Shown piece by piece: positions 1-17,373 of a stretch of 60,481 nucleotides of DNA (its first letter is position 1; every line of letters starts with the position of its first letter). The notes beneath the pieces were generated by a model. The model was not told the DNA's origin and made no database searches. It saw nothing but the letters and a program-made list of their open reading frames with translations. The DNA is from Occultella glacieicola (lineage in GTDB: Bacteria > Actinomycetota > Actinomycetes > Actinomycetales > Beutenbergiaceae). A program made the position numbers and the translations under genes. The stretch covers positions 1 to 60,481 of the forward strand of contig NZ_SMNA01000017.1 in NCBI RefSeq assembly GCF_004353825.1, in the 5' to 3' direction.

Positions 1-1
1 G

Positions 2-151
2 GCGCCGGCACCTTCGCCGGCGGCACCGGCACCGGCACCGGCGCCGGCACCCGCGCCGTCCGCGCCGTCGCCGGTGGCGCAGGCCTCGCCGGTGTCCGCC
101 GCCTCGCCCGCGTCCGCCGTCTCCGCCGCGTCCGCGGACTCGGGCGACTGA
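2..151 (+). CDS. 3' end of a Pro/Ala/Ser-rich protein (partial, runs off left edge)
   Basis: Frame 2 reads APAPSPAAPAPAPAP...SAASADSGD then TGA at 149-151; low complexity, no family assignable. Confidence 0.5.
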   Translation, partial: APAPSPAAPAPAPAPAPAPSAPSPVAQASPVSAASPASAVSAASADSGD

Positions 152-246
152 GGCGAACGGGACGATCGCGGCGACGTCCACCGTCTCCACCGGGTCCGCG
201 TCGACGCCGGGTGGCCACCCGTCGGGCCGCCCGGCGTCGGTGCGCC

Positions 247-906
247 TCAGCGCAGCCGGTACCCCATGCCGCGCACCGTCTCGAAGCGCTCGGCGCCGAG
301 CTTCTTGCGCAGATAGCGCACATAGACGTCGACGACGTTCGAACCCGGGTCGAAGTCGTAGCCCCAGACCCGTGAGAGCAACTGCTCGCGGGTGAGCACC
401 TGCCCGGGGTTGCGGAGGAACGTCTCGGCGAGGGTGAACTCCCGGGCCGACAGGTCCACCTCGGCACCCCCGGCGCGGGCCCGGCGGGTCCGCAGGTCGA
501 GGGAGAGGTCGCCGTGCACGAGCGTGGTCGGCTCGGCGGCGCCCGCCTCCGAGCGGAGCCGCAGACGGACCCTGGCCAGCAACTCCTCGAACCGGAACGG
601 CTTCGCCATGTAGTCGTCGGCGCCGCTCTCGAGACCGGCCACGGTGTCCGTCACCGAGTTCCGGGCGGTCAGGATGATCACGGGAATCGTGATGTTCATC
701 GCCCGGACCTGGCGCAGCACCGCGAAGCCGTCGATGTCTGGCAGCCCGAGGTCGAGGACCATCAGGTCGAAGTCACCGGTGCTCGCGAGGTCCACCGCCT
801 CCCGGCCGGTGGTGACGGCGGTGGGTGCGTACCCGGCGGAGCGGAGCCCCTTCGCGACGAAGGACGAGATCCGGACCTCGTCCTCAGCGATCAGGATCTG
901 GCTCAT
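247..906 (-). CDS. OmpR/PhoB-family two-component response regulator
   Basis: Receiver motifs (ILIAEDE, DLMVLDLGLP, GADDYMAKPF) and winged-helix end (VDVYVRYLRKKLG, TVRGMGY). Confidence 0.95.
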   Translation of the reverse strand: MSQILIAEDEVRISSFVAKGLRSAGYAPTAVTTGREAVDLASTGDFDLMVLDLGLPDIDGFAVLRQVRAMNITIPVIILTARNSVTDTVAGLESGADDYMAKPFRFEELLARVRLRLRSEAGAAEPTTLVHGDLSLDLRTRRARAGGAEVDLSAREFTLAETFLRNPGQVLTREQLLSRVWGYDFDPGSNVVDVYVRYLRKKLGAERFETVRGMGYRLR

Positions 907-2465
907 CTGTTCTCCAGGGTGGTGGTGCTCGGCTCGCCGCCGGCGTGGTGGGAGGGCTCGGAAGGGTGGTCCGGGCTGGGGGACTCGTCCGGCGCCGGGT
1001 CGGTCGGGCCATCGGGGTCGGCTGGGTCAGGCAACATCTCGGGCGCGGCCACGAGGGGCAAGTGGATACTGACGGTCGTGCCGTGACCGAGCCTGGACTC
1101 GGCGCTCGCGCGGCCGTGGTGCGCCGTGGCGATGGAGCGCACGATGGTCAGGCCGAGCCCGGAACCCTCGGCGGGGCTGCCCGCACGCTCGAAGCGGTCG
1201 AAGATCCGGCCCAGGTCCTCCTCGGCGATGCCGACGCCCTCGTCGCGGACCCAGAGCCGGACCTCGGTGTTCGTCGCCGAGCTCCCCAGTGCGATCGTGG
1301 ATCCCGGCTCGGAGAACTTCACCGCGTTCGAGGCGAGCTGGAGCAGCGCCTGCGTGATCCGGCGCGGGTCGATCTCGGCCGTGACGTCGGCGAGGCCGTC
1401 CAGGGTCCAGCGCCGGTCCCCGAGCGGTCGGGCCTTGGTAAGGACCTCGTCGGTGAGCAGGGCGACGTCCGTGGGCTCGGGGCTGACGAAGTCGGGCCGG
1501 CTCGCCTTCGCCAGCGTGACCAGGTCCTCCACGAGCCCGTTCATCCGGTCGAGCTCGTCGAGTGCGAGGTCCTTGGTACCCGCGGCGTCGACCGGGTCGG
1601 TGGGGTCCATCAGTTCGAGGTGACCCCGGATGATGGTCAGCGGGGTGCGCAGCTCATGACCGACGTCGTCGAGCAACTGGCGCTGGGACGCGAACGCCTC
1701 CTCGAGTCGGGCCAGCATCCCGTTGATGGTCTCGGTGAGCACGGCGAGGTCGTCGTTGCCGACCACCGGGATCCGCCGGGACAGGTCGCTGGACGTGGCG
1801 ATCTCGTCCGCCGCGGTGCGCAGCAGCTTGATCGGTTCGAGCAGACCACCGACCACGAACCAGCCGATCAGGGCCATCCAGGCGATCGCACCGAGGGCCA
1901 CGAGGGCGTAGGTGCGGAACGTCTCGCCCAGTTCCGCGTGCTCGGCGTCGAGGTTCCAGGCGAGCACGAGGGCGCCGGGCGTGCCGCCGGGCTCCGGGGC
2001 GACCGGCACCGCCGCCACGTAGTAGGTCCGCACCTGCGTGCTGACCTGCCAGAACCGGCTCCGCTCCCAGTTGGCGGCGTCGGCGACGGCGGCGACGAGT
2101 TCGGGGTCCTCGGTGATCCACTGCTGGGTCGGACCCGCATCGGCCACCAGGGCCACCTCGGTGCCCAGCATCGAGAACATGGCCTCGTTCGGCTGCACGA
2201 CCATCCTGCTCAGGGCGGTGCGCAGCAGGGCTTCCGCCGACGCGAAGGGCTCGCCCGTGGTGGGATCGATACCGTCGGTCGCGAGCTTGTCGAACTCGGC
2301 CCTCGAGTCCTGCAGGACGGCGCGGATGCGGTCGTCGACCCGGTTGGTCTCCAGGACGTAGGCGATGGTGCCGGCCAGGGCCACCGTGAGGGTCGTGAGG
2401 AGTACGAGCGCGACCATCACGCGGGTGCGCACCGAGGCGCGCAGGCGGAGTCGACGAAGGCCCAT
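903..2465 (-). CDS. Membrane sensor histidine kinase (HAMP-HisKA-HATPase)
   Basis: Two hydrophobic segments, H-box GHELRTPL, N-box NAVKFS, DEGVGI, GSGLGL; ATG at 2465 lies 6 nt after a GATAAT -10 (probably leaderless); stop overlaps the regulator start. Confidence 0.92.
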   Translation of the reverse strand: MGLRRLRLRASVRTRVMVALVLLTTLTVALAGTIAYVLETNRVDDRIRAVLQDSRAEFDKLATDGIDPTTGEPFASAEALLRTALSRMVVQPNEAMFSMLGTEVALVADAGPTQQWITEDPELVAAVADAANWERSRFWQVSTQVRTYYVAAVPVAPEPGGTPGALVLAWNLDAEHAELGETFRTYALVALGAIAWMALIGWFVVGGLLEPIKLLRTAADEIATSSDLSRRIPVVGNDDLAVLTETINGMLARLEEAFASQRQLLDDVGHELRTPLTIIRGHLELMDPTDPVDAAGTKDLALDELDRMNGLVEDLVTLAKASRPDFVSPEPTDVALLTDEVLTKARPLGDRRWTLDGLADVTAEIDPRRITQALLQLASNAVKFSEPGSTIALGSSATNTEVRLWVRDEGVGIAEEDLGRIFDRFERAGSPAEGSGLGLTIVRSIATAHHGRASAESRLGHGTTVSIHLPLVAAPEMLPDPADPDGPTDPAPDESPSPDHPSEPSHHAGGEPSTTTLENR

Positions 2466-2643
2466 CGAACGATTATCCCGTAGTTGCCCGTGCCCGCCGG
2501 GATCCTGGACGGTGAGCCTCGGCACACGGGTTCGACCCATGGCGCCGACTCCCGTACACTCATCCGAGGTGGTTGACGCCCGCCATGATGGATCGTGCCC
2601 GAGTGGCCCTGGTCCACCGGCACCCGGGCGGCACTCATCGCGA

Positions 2644-2716
2644 AGGGTAGTGGCGCAATTGGTAGCGCACCGGTCTCCAAAACCGGCGGTTGAGGGTTCG
2701 AGTCCCTCCTGCCCTG
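2644..2716 (+). tRNA. tRNA-Trp (CCA)
   Basis: Acceptor stem AGGGTAG/CTGCCCT, anticodon arm CCGGT-CTCCAAA-ACCGG, T-loop GGTTCGAGTCC; canonical position before secE; 3' CCA not encoded. Confidence 0.97.
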
Positions 2717-2774
2717 CACAGTCCGTCGATCGCCCGTCGAGCCGCCATCCACACGAACGAGTTGGGGAACACCT

Positions 2775-3353
2775 GTGAGCACACCCACGAACCCGGAGTC
2801 GGGCGAACCCGACGGCGGCGAACGTGGCGACGTCACCGGCCCCACCGACCCCGTCGACGAGGTCTCCTCGGCGGAGGTGGCCGACGCCGACGACGTGGGC
2901 TCCGACTCCGACGAGAACGCGAGCGACGCCGTCGACGAGCCCGCGACCGACTCCTCGACGGAGGCGGCCGCCACGACCGGGAGCGCGAGCCGGTCCACCT
3001 CCCGGCGGGCCTCCTCGGACGCGGGCGGGCGGTCCGTGAGCAAGTCGGGGTCCGCGAAGCCCACGTCGGCCAGGGCGGACAAGGCCGTGGCCGCGACCGC
3101 GGGAGCCGGCAAGGGTCGCGCGACCCGGAGCCGTGCGGAGGCCGAGCGCGAGGTGCGGCTGAACGTCTTCCAGCGGATCGCGCTCTTCGTCCGCCAGGTG
3201 ATCGCCGAACTCCGGAAGGTCGTCACCCCGACCCGGTCCGAACTGCTGACCTACATCGCGGTGGTGGTCGTGTTCGTGCTGATCATCATGGCGTACGTCG
3301 GAGTGCTGGACTTCGCGATCGGCAAGCTGGTGCTCTGGGCGTTCGGCTCCTAG
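2775..3353 (+). CDS. secE: Preprotein translocase subunit SecE with long N-terminal extension
   Basis: C-terminal FVRQVIAELRKVVTPTRSEL plus one TM helix; between tRNA-Trp and nusG; exact start uncertain. Confidence 0.9.
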   Translation: MSTPTNPESGEPDGGERGDVTGPTDPVDEVSSAEVADADDVGSDSDENASDAVDEPATDSSTEAAATTGSASRSTSRRASSDAGGRSVSKSGSAKPTSARADKAVAATAGAGKGRATRSRAEAEREVRLNVFQRIALFVRQVIAELRKVVTPTRSELLTYIAVVVVFVLIIMAYVGVLDFAIGKLVLWAFGS

Positions 3354-3508
3354 CGCCGCAGGCTCCCACCACGATGCCCCGGGGGGCGTCACCGGCGATG
3401 TGACGCCAGTTGCGCGAAGCGGGACAATGACGAGGTCGGACGGTTCCGATTCTCGATGAAGCATGCAGGATCAACGAGCAGGACAAGACGAGGGAAGCAG
3501 GTCAGGAC

Positions 3509-4279
3509 GTGTCTGAAGAGACCCGCGACACCGGCGAGGCGGTCGACGTCGTCGAGGAGGTCGGCGCCGACGGCGTGGACTCCGGCGACGGTACGGACCC
3601 CGCGGGCATCGCCGAGGACTCGGCCGTGTCCGAGCAGGATTCCGCCGAGGCCGGCGTCGACGCCACCGACGAGGACGAGGACCCGCTCGTCGCCTTCCGG
3701 CGCGAACTGCGGATGCTGCCCGGCGACTGGTACGTGATCCACTCCTACGCCGGCTACGAGAACCGGGTGAAGGTCAACCTCGAGTCCCGGATCCAGTCAC
3801 TCAACATGGAGGACTACATCTTCCAGGTCGAGGTGCCCATGGAGGAGGTCGTCGAGATCAAGAACTCCGTCCGCAAGGTGGTCCGCCGGGTGCGGATCCC
3901 CAGCTACGTGCTGGTGCGGATGGACCTCACCGACGAGTCCTGGGGCGCCGTGCGGCACACCCCGGGCGTCACCGGCTTCGTCGGGCACACGCACTCGCCG
4001 GTCCCGCTGAGCATGGACGAGGTCATGTCGATGCTCGCCACCACGGTGGAGCAGAAGGCCCCGGCCGCGACCGGTGGTCGCGCCCCGGCCGCCACTCCCG
4101 CCGTGCAGGTCGACTTCACCGTGGGCGAGTCGGTCACCGTCACCGACGGCCCGTTCGACACCCTGCCGGCCACCATCTCCGAGATCAATGCCGAGGCCCA
4201 GAAGCTCAAGGTGCTGGTCTCGATCTTCGGCCGCGAGACGCCCGTCGAGCTGTCGTTCAACCAGGTCGCCAAGATCTGA
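3509..4279 (+). CDS. nusG: Transcription termination/antitermination factor NusG
   Basis: [36 protein letters not shown]. Confidence 0.97.
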   Translation: MSEETRDTGEAVDVVEEVGADGVDSGDGTDPAGIAEDSAVSEQDSAEAGVDATDEDEDPLVAFRRELRMLPGDWYVIHSYAGYENRVKVNLESRIQSLNMEDYIFQVEVPMEEVVEIKNSVRKVVRRVRIPSYVLVRMDLTDESWGAVRHTPGVTGFVGHTHSPVPLSMDEVMSMLATTVEQKAPAATGGRAPAATPAVQVDFTVGESVTVTDGPFDTLPATISEINAEAQKLKVLVSIFGRETPVELSFNQVAKI

Positions 4280-4381
4280 TCCCGCTCATCCGAGCAAGGG
4301 TCCGGACCGGGCCCTGACCGCAAGGTCGTGCAACCGGGTCATCGCCCACGGCGTAGGCCCATCAACAGAAAGCAGCAAGGC

Positions 4382-4813
4382 ATGCCCCCCAAGAAGAAGG
4401 TCACCGGCCTCATCAAGCTCCAGATCCAGGCCGGCGCGGCCAACCCCGCGCCGCCGATCGGCCCCGCGCTCGGTCAGCACGGCGTGAACATCATGGAGTT
4501 CTGCAAGGCCTACAACGCGGCCACCGAGTCGCAGCGCGGCAACGTGATCCCGGTCGAGATCACCGTCTACGAGGACCGCTCGTTCACGTTCATCACGAAG
4601 ACGCCGCCGGCCGCCGAGCTCATCAAGAAGGCCGCCGGTGTGGCCAAGGGCTCCGGTACCCCGCACACGACCAAGGTCGGTTCGCTGACCAAGGAGCAGG
4701 TCCGCGAGATCGCCCAGACCAAGTTCGAGGACCTCAACGCCAATGATCTCGACGCCGCGTCGCTGATCATCGCCGGCACCGCCCGTTCCATGGGCATCAC
4801 CGTCACGGACTGA
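4382..4813 (+). CDS. rplK: 50S ribosomal protein L11
   Basis: [29 protein letters not shown] at 4382. Confidence 0.98.
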   Translation: MPPKKKVTGLIKLQIQAGAANPAPPIGPALGQHGVNIMEFCKAYNAATESQRGNVIPVEITVYEDRSFTFITKTPPAAELIKKAAGVAKGSGTPHTTKVGSLTKEQVREIAQTKFEDLNANDLDAASLIIAGTARSMGITVTD

Positions 4814-4860
4814 ACCGTCCCTGACCCACAACCCGCTGCGGGCGCCACGCCCGCCGCACA

Positions 4861-4895
4861 GTGGAAGGGTCCGCGCGGGCCCGCACCACGACTGC
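4861..4895 (+). promoter_or_regulatory. Putative L1-binding autoregulatory hairpin upstream of rplA
   Basis: GTGG-AA-GGGTCC...GGGCCC-GCA-CCAC stem with internal loop just before the rplA RBS; assignment to L1 is inference. Confidence 0.45.
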
Positions 4896-4914
4896 TCAGT
4901 CGAAGGAGAAGCAG

Positions 4915-5616
4915 ATGACCACGCGCAGCAAGGATTACCGCAAGGCCGCCGAACTCGTGGAGGCCGACCACGTCTACGCCCCAGCGGAGGCGATCGAGGT
5001 CGCCCGCAAGGGTGCCGCGACGAAGTTCGACTCGACCGTCGAGGTCGCGTTCCGGCTCGGGGTCGACCCCCGCAAGGCCGACCAGATGGTTCGCGGCACC
5101 GTGAACCTCCCGCACGGCACCGGCAAGACGGCCCGGGTGCTGGTCTTCGCGACCGGTGACCGCGCGGAGCAGGCCATCGCGGCCGGTGCCGACGAGGTCG
5201 GCGGCGACGAACTCATCGAGAAGGTCGCCGGCGGCTACACCGACTTCGACGCGGCCGTCGCCACGCCGGACCTGATGGGCAAGGTCGGTCGACTCGGCCG
5301 TGTGCTCGGGCCCCGTGGCCTGATGCCGAACCCGAAGACCGGCACCGTCACCATGGACGTCACCAAGGCCGTCACCGACATCAAGGGCGGCAAGATCGAC
5401 TTCCGGGTGGACAAGCACGCCAACCTGCACTTCATCATCGGGAAGGTCTCGTTCAGCCCCGAGAAGCTGCTGGAGAACTACACGGCCGCCTACGAGGAGG
5501 TCATGCGCCTGAAGCCGGCCTCCTCCAAGGGCCGCTACATCACCAAGGCCGTGCTCAGTACGACCATGGGCCCCGGCATTGCGATCGACCCGGCGAAGCT
5601 GTCCGCGGAGGTCTGA
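4915..5616 (+). CDS. rplA: 50S ribosomal protein L1
   Basis: [48 protein letters not shown] before ATG 4915. Confidence 0.98.
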   Translation: MTTRSKDYRKAAELVEADHVYAPAEAIEVARKGAATKFDSTVEVAFRLGVDPRKADQMVRGTVNLPHGTGKTARVLVFATGDRAEQAIAAGADEVGGDELIEKVAGGYTDFDAAVATPDLMGKVGRLGRVLGPRGLMPNPKTGTVTMDVTKAVTDIKGGKIDFRVDKHANLHFIIGKVSFSPEKLLENYTAAYEEVMRLKPASSKGRYITKAVLSTTMGPGIAIDPAKLSAEV

Positions 5617-5637
5617 GACCCGCCCGTTGCACGACCA

Positions 5638-5672
5638 TCGGCCCGGCCCCTGAAGACGGGGGGCCGGGCCGA
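5638..5672 (+). terminator. GC-rich hairpin after rplA
   Basis: TCGGCCCGGCCCC...GGGGCCGGGCCGA inverted repeat. Confidence 0.6.
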
Positions 5673-5768
5673 CGTGTGAGCGTCGAGTCCGGCCGGTCAC
5701 GCCGTGGCCCATCCCACAGGCCCGGGATTTGGCCCGGTCGCCGACGCTGTGTAAACTTGTGCCTGCCC

Positions 5769-5900
5769 AAGACCGCCGGTCGCCCGTCACACGACGGGGC
5801 CAAGTCCGCAGATGCGGAGCCAGCGCAGGTGAACGAGTTCGATCAGTGCCGGAACGTCAGTTCCGAATTCGAACCCCGTGCATCTGCGCGGGGTTCTTTC
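5769..5900 (+). promoter_or_regulatory. Ribosomal protein L10 leader (autoregulatory RNA)
   Basis: AAGACCGCCGGT...GCGCAGGTGA elements and a closing GAACCCCGTGC/GCGCGGGGTTC hairpin upstream of rplJ; TAAACT -10 at 5752. Confidence 0.7.
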
Positions 5901-5948
5901 CGTATGTGCGCCCCTCGACCTTCGCGGCACATCTCGGAAGGAGGGCCC

Positions 5949-6476
5949 ATGGCACGGCCTGACAAGGCGGCAGCAGTTGCCGAACTGACGGAGAAGTTCC
6001 GCCAGTCCACGGCCGCTGTGCTGACCGAGTACCGCGGGCTCACGGTGGCCCAGCTCAAGTCGCTGCGCACCGATCTCGGCGGTACCACCAGCTTCGCCGT
6101 GGTGAAGAACACGCTCACCGGCATCGCGGCCAAGGAGGCCGGCATCGACGCGTTCGATGGCGAGCTCACCGGTCCGTCGGCCATCGCCTTCATCTCCGGT
6201 GACCCGGTCGAGGCGGCCAAGAGCCTGCGTGACTTCGCCAAGGCGAACCCCAAGCTGGTCATCAAGGGTGGTGTCCTCGACGGGCGCGCCCTGACGTCCG
6301 AGGACGTCACCAAGCTCGCGGACCTCGAGTCCCGCGAGGTGCTCCTGGCCAAGGCGGCCGGTGCGTTCAAGGCGAAGCTGCACCAGGCGGCCTACGTCTT
6401 CAACGCCCCTGCCTCCAAGGCGGTGCGCACCATCGAAGCCCTGCGTGAGAAGCAGGCGACGGAGGCCGCGGCCTGA
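5949..6476 (+). CDS. rplJ: 50S ribosomal protein L10
   Basis: [23 protein letters not shown]. Confidence 0.97.
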   Translation: MARPDKAAAVAELTEKFRQSTAAVLTEYRGLTVAQLKSLRTDLGGTTSFAVVKNTLTGIAAKEAGIDAFDGELTGPSAIAFISGDPVEAAKSLRDFAKANPKLVIKGGVLDGRALTSEDVTKLADLESREVLLAKAAGAFKAKLHQAAYVFNAPASKAVRTIEALREKQATEAAA

Positions 6477-6542
6477 GGCCCGGTCTTCGACCAACCACCC
6501 ACTGCTTCTCCGCAAGCAGGACCAACAGGAAGGAACGCCATC

Positions 6543-6935
6543 ATGGCGAAGCTCAGCACCGACGAGCTCATTGACGCTTTCAAGGAGCTCACCCTCATCG
6601 AGCTCTCCGAGTTCGTGAAGCAGTTCGAGGAGACCTTCGAGGTCACCGCCGCCGCCCCGGCCGCCGTTGCGGTCGCCGCCGGCCCGGCCGCCGGTGGCGG
6701 CGCCGCTGACGAGGCCGAGGAGCAGACGGAGTTCGACGTCATCCTCGAGTCGGTCGGCGACAAGAAGATCCAGGTCATCAAGGAGGTGCGCGCCCTCACG
6801 AGCCTCGGCCTGAAGGAGGCCAAGGACCTCGTCGACAGCGCCCCCAAGGCGATCGTCGAGGGCGTGGCGAAGGACGCCGCCGACAAGGCGAAGGAAGCCC
6901 TCGAGGGCGCCGGCGCCACCGTCACCGTCAAGTGA
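6543..6935 (+). CDS. rplL: 50S ribosomal protein L7/L12
   Basis: [30 protein letters not shown]. Confidence 0.98.
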   Translation: MAKLSTDELIDAFKELTLIELSEFVKQFEETFEVTAAAPAAVAVAAGPAAGGGAADEAEEQTEFDVILESVGDKKIQVIKEVRALTSLGLKEAKDLVDSAPKAIVEGVAKDAADKAKEALEGAGATVTVK

Positions 6936-7052
6936 TCTGACGGCGGGTGCCCGGCTCCGCCACGTCGCGCCGCGAGCGATGACGAGGTGGAGCGCGGCGG
7001 CCCGCCTGCGGTACCAGGCCACGGCATCGACAGATGTCGGCGCGGCCACAAT

Positions 7053-7088
7053 GACGAGGCCCGCACCGGACACGGTGCGGGCCTCGTC
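7053..7088 (+). terminator. 16-bp hairpin after rplL
   Basis: GACGAGGCCCGCACCG-GACA-CGGTGCGGGCCTCGTC perfect stem. Confidence 0.7.
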
Positions 7089-7093
7089 GCCAC

Positions 7094-7122
7094 TGGACAA
7101 GCGTAGCCAAAGTGGCTATGCT
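7094..7122 (+). promoter_or_regulatory. Housekeeping-sigma promoter for rpoBC
   Basis: TGGACA-17 bp-TATGCT. Confidence 0.6.
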
Positions 7123-7279
7123 GTCGCTTTGCGCTGTCTTCTGCCCCCAGCACATGCTTCCCGAACCGGGTTCATCGTTCACGTCCACGTGTGCGATGTC
7201 GGTCCCGGGCGAAGTTCGGGCGGGGTTTGTTCGGGGTGGTCCGGCGCGCGTGCACACAATTCGTAGGGAAGGACCCCTC

Positions 7280-10804
<3,525 letters not shown>

Positions 10805-10903
10805 GCGGCACCGTCGGTGACCGGGTCCACGTGACCCGGCCACCGACGGCCCCCTCATCCTGATTTGGTTCCACACGGTGTTCCACCGAAGGAAGTAGGA
10901 AAA

Positions 10904-14794
<3,891 letters not shown>

Positions 14795-14819
14795 GTCGCA
14801 TGGCCTGAGCCACCAGCGA

Positions 14820-14853
14820 AGGGCCCGGCATCCCGCAAGGGGTGCCGGGCCCT
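14820..14853 (+). terminator. Hairpin terminator after rpoC
   Basis: AGGGCCCGGCATCCC-GCAA-GGGGTGCCGGGCCCT. Confidence 0.75.
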
Positions 14854-14944
14854 CGTTCGTGTACGGGCTCGGGCCGCGGTGTGAGGCCCGGCACACTCGG
14901 CCACCGAATGGAATATGGTTGAAGATTCAGGCATTGTTTCGTGC

Positions 14945-15490
14945 ATGCATTCACACAAGATCGGAATCATCGTCAGTTCCTCCCGCCCGACCCGGATCGG
15001 CACCAAGGTCGCCACGTGGGTCGGCGGGCTGGCACCGCACGGGGCCGAGGTCGAGATCATCGACCTGGCCGAGGTGGCCCTGCCCTTCCTCGCCGAGGCC
15101 GAGCTGCCGGCCACCGGCAACTACGCCGAGGCCAGCACGGTCGCCTGGGCCGAGCGGGTGCGCACCTATGACGCCCTCATCGTCACCCTGCCCGAGTACA
15201 ACGCCGGCTACCCGGCCGTCGTGAAGAACGCCATCGACACCCTCCACGCCGAGTGGAACGAACTGCCGATCGGCATCGTGGGCTACGGTTGGGGCGGCGC
15301 CGCGGGATCCGCCCGGCAGTTCGGCGAGGTCCTCGACCGCGTCAAGGCGCTGCGCCTCGACGGTCCAGGCCTCAGTTTCGGCCAGGACCTCACGCCCGAC
15401 GGCGACTTCCTCGACGCCGCTCCGGCCGACGACGTGCGTGGCCTCTACGACCAACTCGTCGCCGCCGTGCGCGAGAAGGTGGCCGCCTGA
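14945..15490 (+). CDS. NADPH-dependent FMN reductase family protein
   Basis: SSRPTRIG, PEYNAGYPAVVKNAID, GYGWGG motifs of the flavodoxin-like FMN_red family. Confidence 0.9.
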   Translation: MHSHKIGIIVSSSRPTRIGTKVATWVGGLAPHGAEVEIIDLAEVALPFLAEAELPATGNYAEASTVAWAERVRTYDALIVTLPEYNAGYPAVVKNAIDTLHAEWNELPIGIVGYGWGGAAGSARQFGEVLDRVKALRLDGPGLSFGQDLTPDGDFLDAAPADDVRGLYDQLVAAVREKVAA

Positions 15491-15604
15491 CCCGCCGGCC
15501 CTGACCCGTTCCGACCGCAGCGGCGGTGGCGCTCGGCGCCACCGCCGCTCGTCTGCCCGGCCTCGGTGGCGGCACCGGGCAAGGGGCCGAGGATGGCTGC
15601 CGGC

Positions 15605-16573
15605 TCAGGCCCCGCTGGCGTACAGCCGTCGGACCACGTCCTCGATGTCCGGCTCCTCGATCGTCAGGTCGCGCACCGAGGCCCGTGCCGACACCTGCGC
15701 GAGGACCGCGGCCGCCGTCGTCGATCCGGGTGTGAAGGCCAGCCGCTGACGTAGCCCGTCGGCCTCGACGCCGAGCAGCCGGGTGCCGGCGACGTCATCG
15801 AGTGGGGCCGCGTTCTCCTCCAGGTCGACGACGATCACCCGGTCGGCACCGACCCGCCGGACGAGGCCGGCGAGGGTGCCGTCGTAGGCCATCCGCCCGT
15901 GGTCGACCACGATGATCCGGTCGGTCAGGCGCTGCACGTCGTCCATGTCGTGCGTGGTCAGCAGGAGCGTGGTGTCGGACGTGGCGCGTTCCTCGAGCAG
16001 GAACTGGCGCAGCCGCTCCTTGCTGAGCACATCGAGCCCGATGGTCGGCTCGTCGAGGATGAGGAGGTCGGGGGAGTGCAGCAGCGCCGCCGCGATCTCA
16101 CCCCGGATGCGCTGCCCGAGGCTCAACTGGCGCACCGGTGTCTCGAGGAAGTCGCCGAGGTCGAGCCGCTCGACGAGCGTGTCGCGCCGCGCCCGCAGCG
16201 CCTGGGGCCCGAGCCGGTGGATCGCCGCCAGGGCGCGGTAGGACTCCGAGAGTGGCAGGTCCCACCACAGCTGGGACCGCTGCCCGAACACCACCCCGAT
16301 CCGCCGCGCCAGTTCCCGGCGGTGGCGGTGCGGGTCGAGGCCACAGGTGCGGACCCGTCCGCTGGTGGGCACCAGGATGCCGGTGAGCATCTTGATCGTG
16401 GTGGACTTCCCGGCGCCGTTGGCGCCGATGTAGCCGACGGCGGCGCCCGCCTCGATCGTGAAGGCCAGGTCGGCGACCGCGCGGGTGACCGAACGCCGTC
16501 GGCGCAGGCCGCGACCGGTGTGGACGACGAAGTCCCGGCTCAGGTCCGTCGCGCTGATGATCGGTTCGGTCAT
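15605..16573 (-). CDS. ABC transporter ATP-binding subunit (ABC-2 exporter type)
   Basis: Walker A GANGAGKST, signature LSLGQ, Walker B LILDEPTIGLD; ATG at 16573 overlaps the upstream permease stop. Confidence 0.93.
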   Translation of the reverse strand: MTEPIISATDLSRDFVVHTGRGLRRRRSVTRAVADLAFTIEAGAAVGYIGANGAGKSTTIKMLTGILVPTSGRVRTCGLDPHRHRRELARRIGVVFGQRSQLWWDLPLSESYRALAAIHRLGPQALRARRDTLVERLDLGDFLETPVRQLSLGQRIRGEIAAALLHSPDLLILDEPTIGLDVLSKERLRQFLLEERATSDTTLLLTTHDMDDVQRLTDRIIVVDHGRMAYDGTLAGLVRRVGADRVIVVDLEENAAPLDDVAGTRLLGVEADGLRQRLAFTPGSTTAAAVLAQVSARASVRDLTIEEPDIEDVVRRLYASGA

Positions 16574-17373
16574 GATCCCGCTCCCGTGTAGTGACGCAGG
16601 CCCGCCCGCCAGCCGAGCAGGGCGACGGTCCAGATCCCCGCGGCCGCAACCGGCGCGAACCAGCCAAGCACCGCCGGGGTCCAGGCCGGGCCGGAGTGGC
16701 CCAGCAGGACCAGGGTCGGTAGGTACGCGGTGAACGCGGCCGGCACCACGAACGTGAACAGCACCCGCATCGGCAGCGTGAAGATCGAGGTCGGGTACGA
16801 GGCCGCATAGTTGCCGCCGTAGGTGAACGCGTTCGCGAACTCCCCGCCCTCCACGAGCCAGAACTGCACGCCGGCCGCGCACACGAACAGCGCTGCGAAG
16901 ATCACCGCGCTGAACACCGGCGTGAGGACGGCCAGGGCCACCAGCGCCGGCGACCACGCGATCGTGTTCATCGACAGGGCGACCACCAGGACCACCACGG
17001 CCACGGCCGTGCGGCCGAGTCGGCGTAGCTGCAGGTCGCTGGTGATGAGCTGGGCCAGCACCGGCAGCGGTCGCAGCAGGAACGCGTCCAGTGTTCCGGT
17101 GCGCAGGTACCGGGGTAGCGAGTCCACGTGCCCGACCACCATGTCCGCGGTTGAGAAGCCGATCCCGGCGAAGGAGAACAGCAGCAACGCCCCGGCCAGA
17201 TCCAGCTCGCCGAGCACGCTGATCGAGGAGAAGATTACGAGCACCTCGGCGAGCTCGAGGACCCCGATCCCGGCCGCGCCGACGAGGTCCATGGCGAAGG
17301 ACCGTCGGTAGGCCAGCTGGGCGCGCAACCGCGAGGCGAGCAGCGCCCGGTAGGGCCTCAGCAGCTCAGCCAC
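16570..17373 (-). CDS. ABC-2 family transporter permease
   Basis: Multiple TM segments, GTLDAFLLRP and YPTSIF motifs; coupled to the ATPase. Confidence 0.85.
   Translation of the reverse strand: MAELLRPYRALLASRLRAQLAYRRSFAMDLVGAAGIGVLELAEVLVIFSSISVLGELDLAGALLLFSFAGIGFSTADMVVGHVDSLPRYLRTGTLDAFLLRPLPVLAQLITSDLQLRRLGRTAVAVVVLVVALSMNTIAWSPALVALAVLTPVFSAVIFAALFVCAAGVQFWLVEGGEFANAFTYGGNYAASYPTSIFTLPMRVLFTFVVPAAFTAYLPTLVLLGHSGPAWTPAVLGWFAPVAAAGIWTVALLGWRAGLRHYTGAGS

Noticed and set aside
2644..2716. tRNA-Trp as an integration site for a mobile element
   Set aside because: No integrase and no duplicated tRNA 3' end seen; normal secE context
2466..3464. 853-aa version of the histidine kinase from the ORF track
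   Set aside because: The extension overlaps tRNA-Trp and secE on the other strand; the real start is most likely 2465
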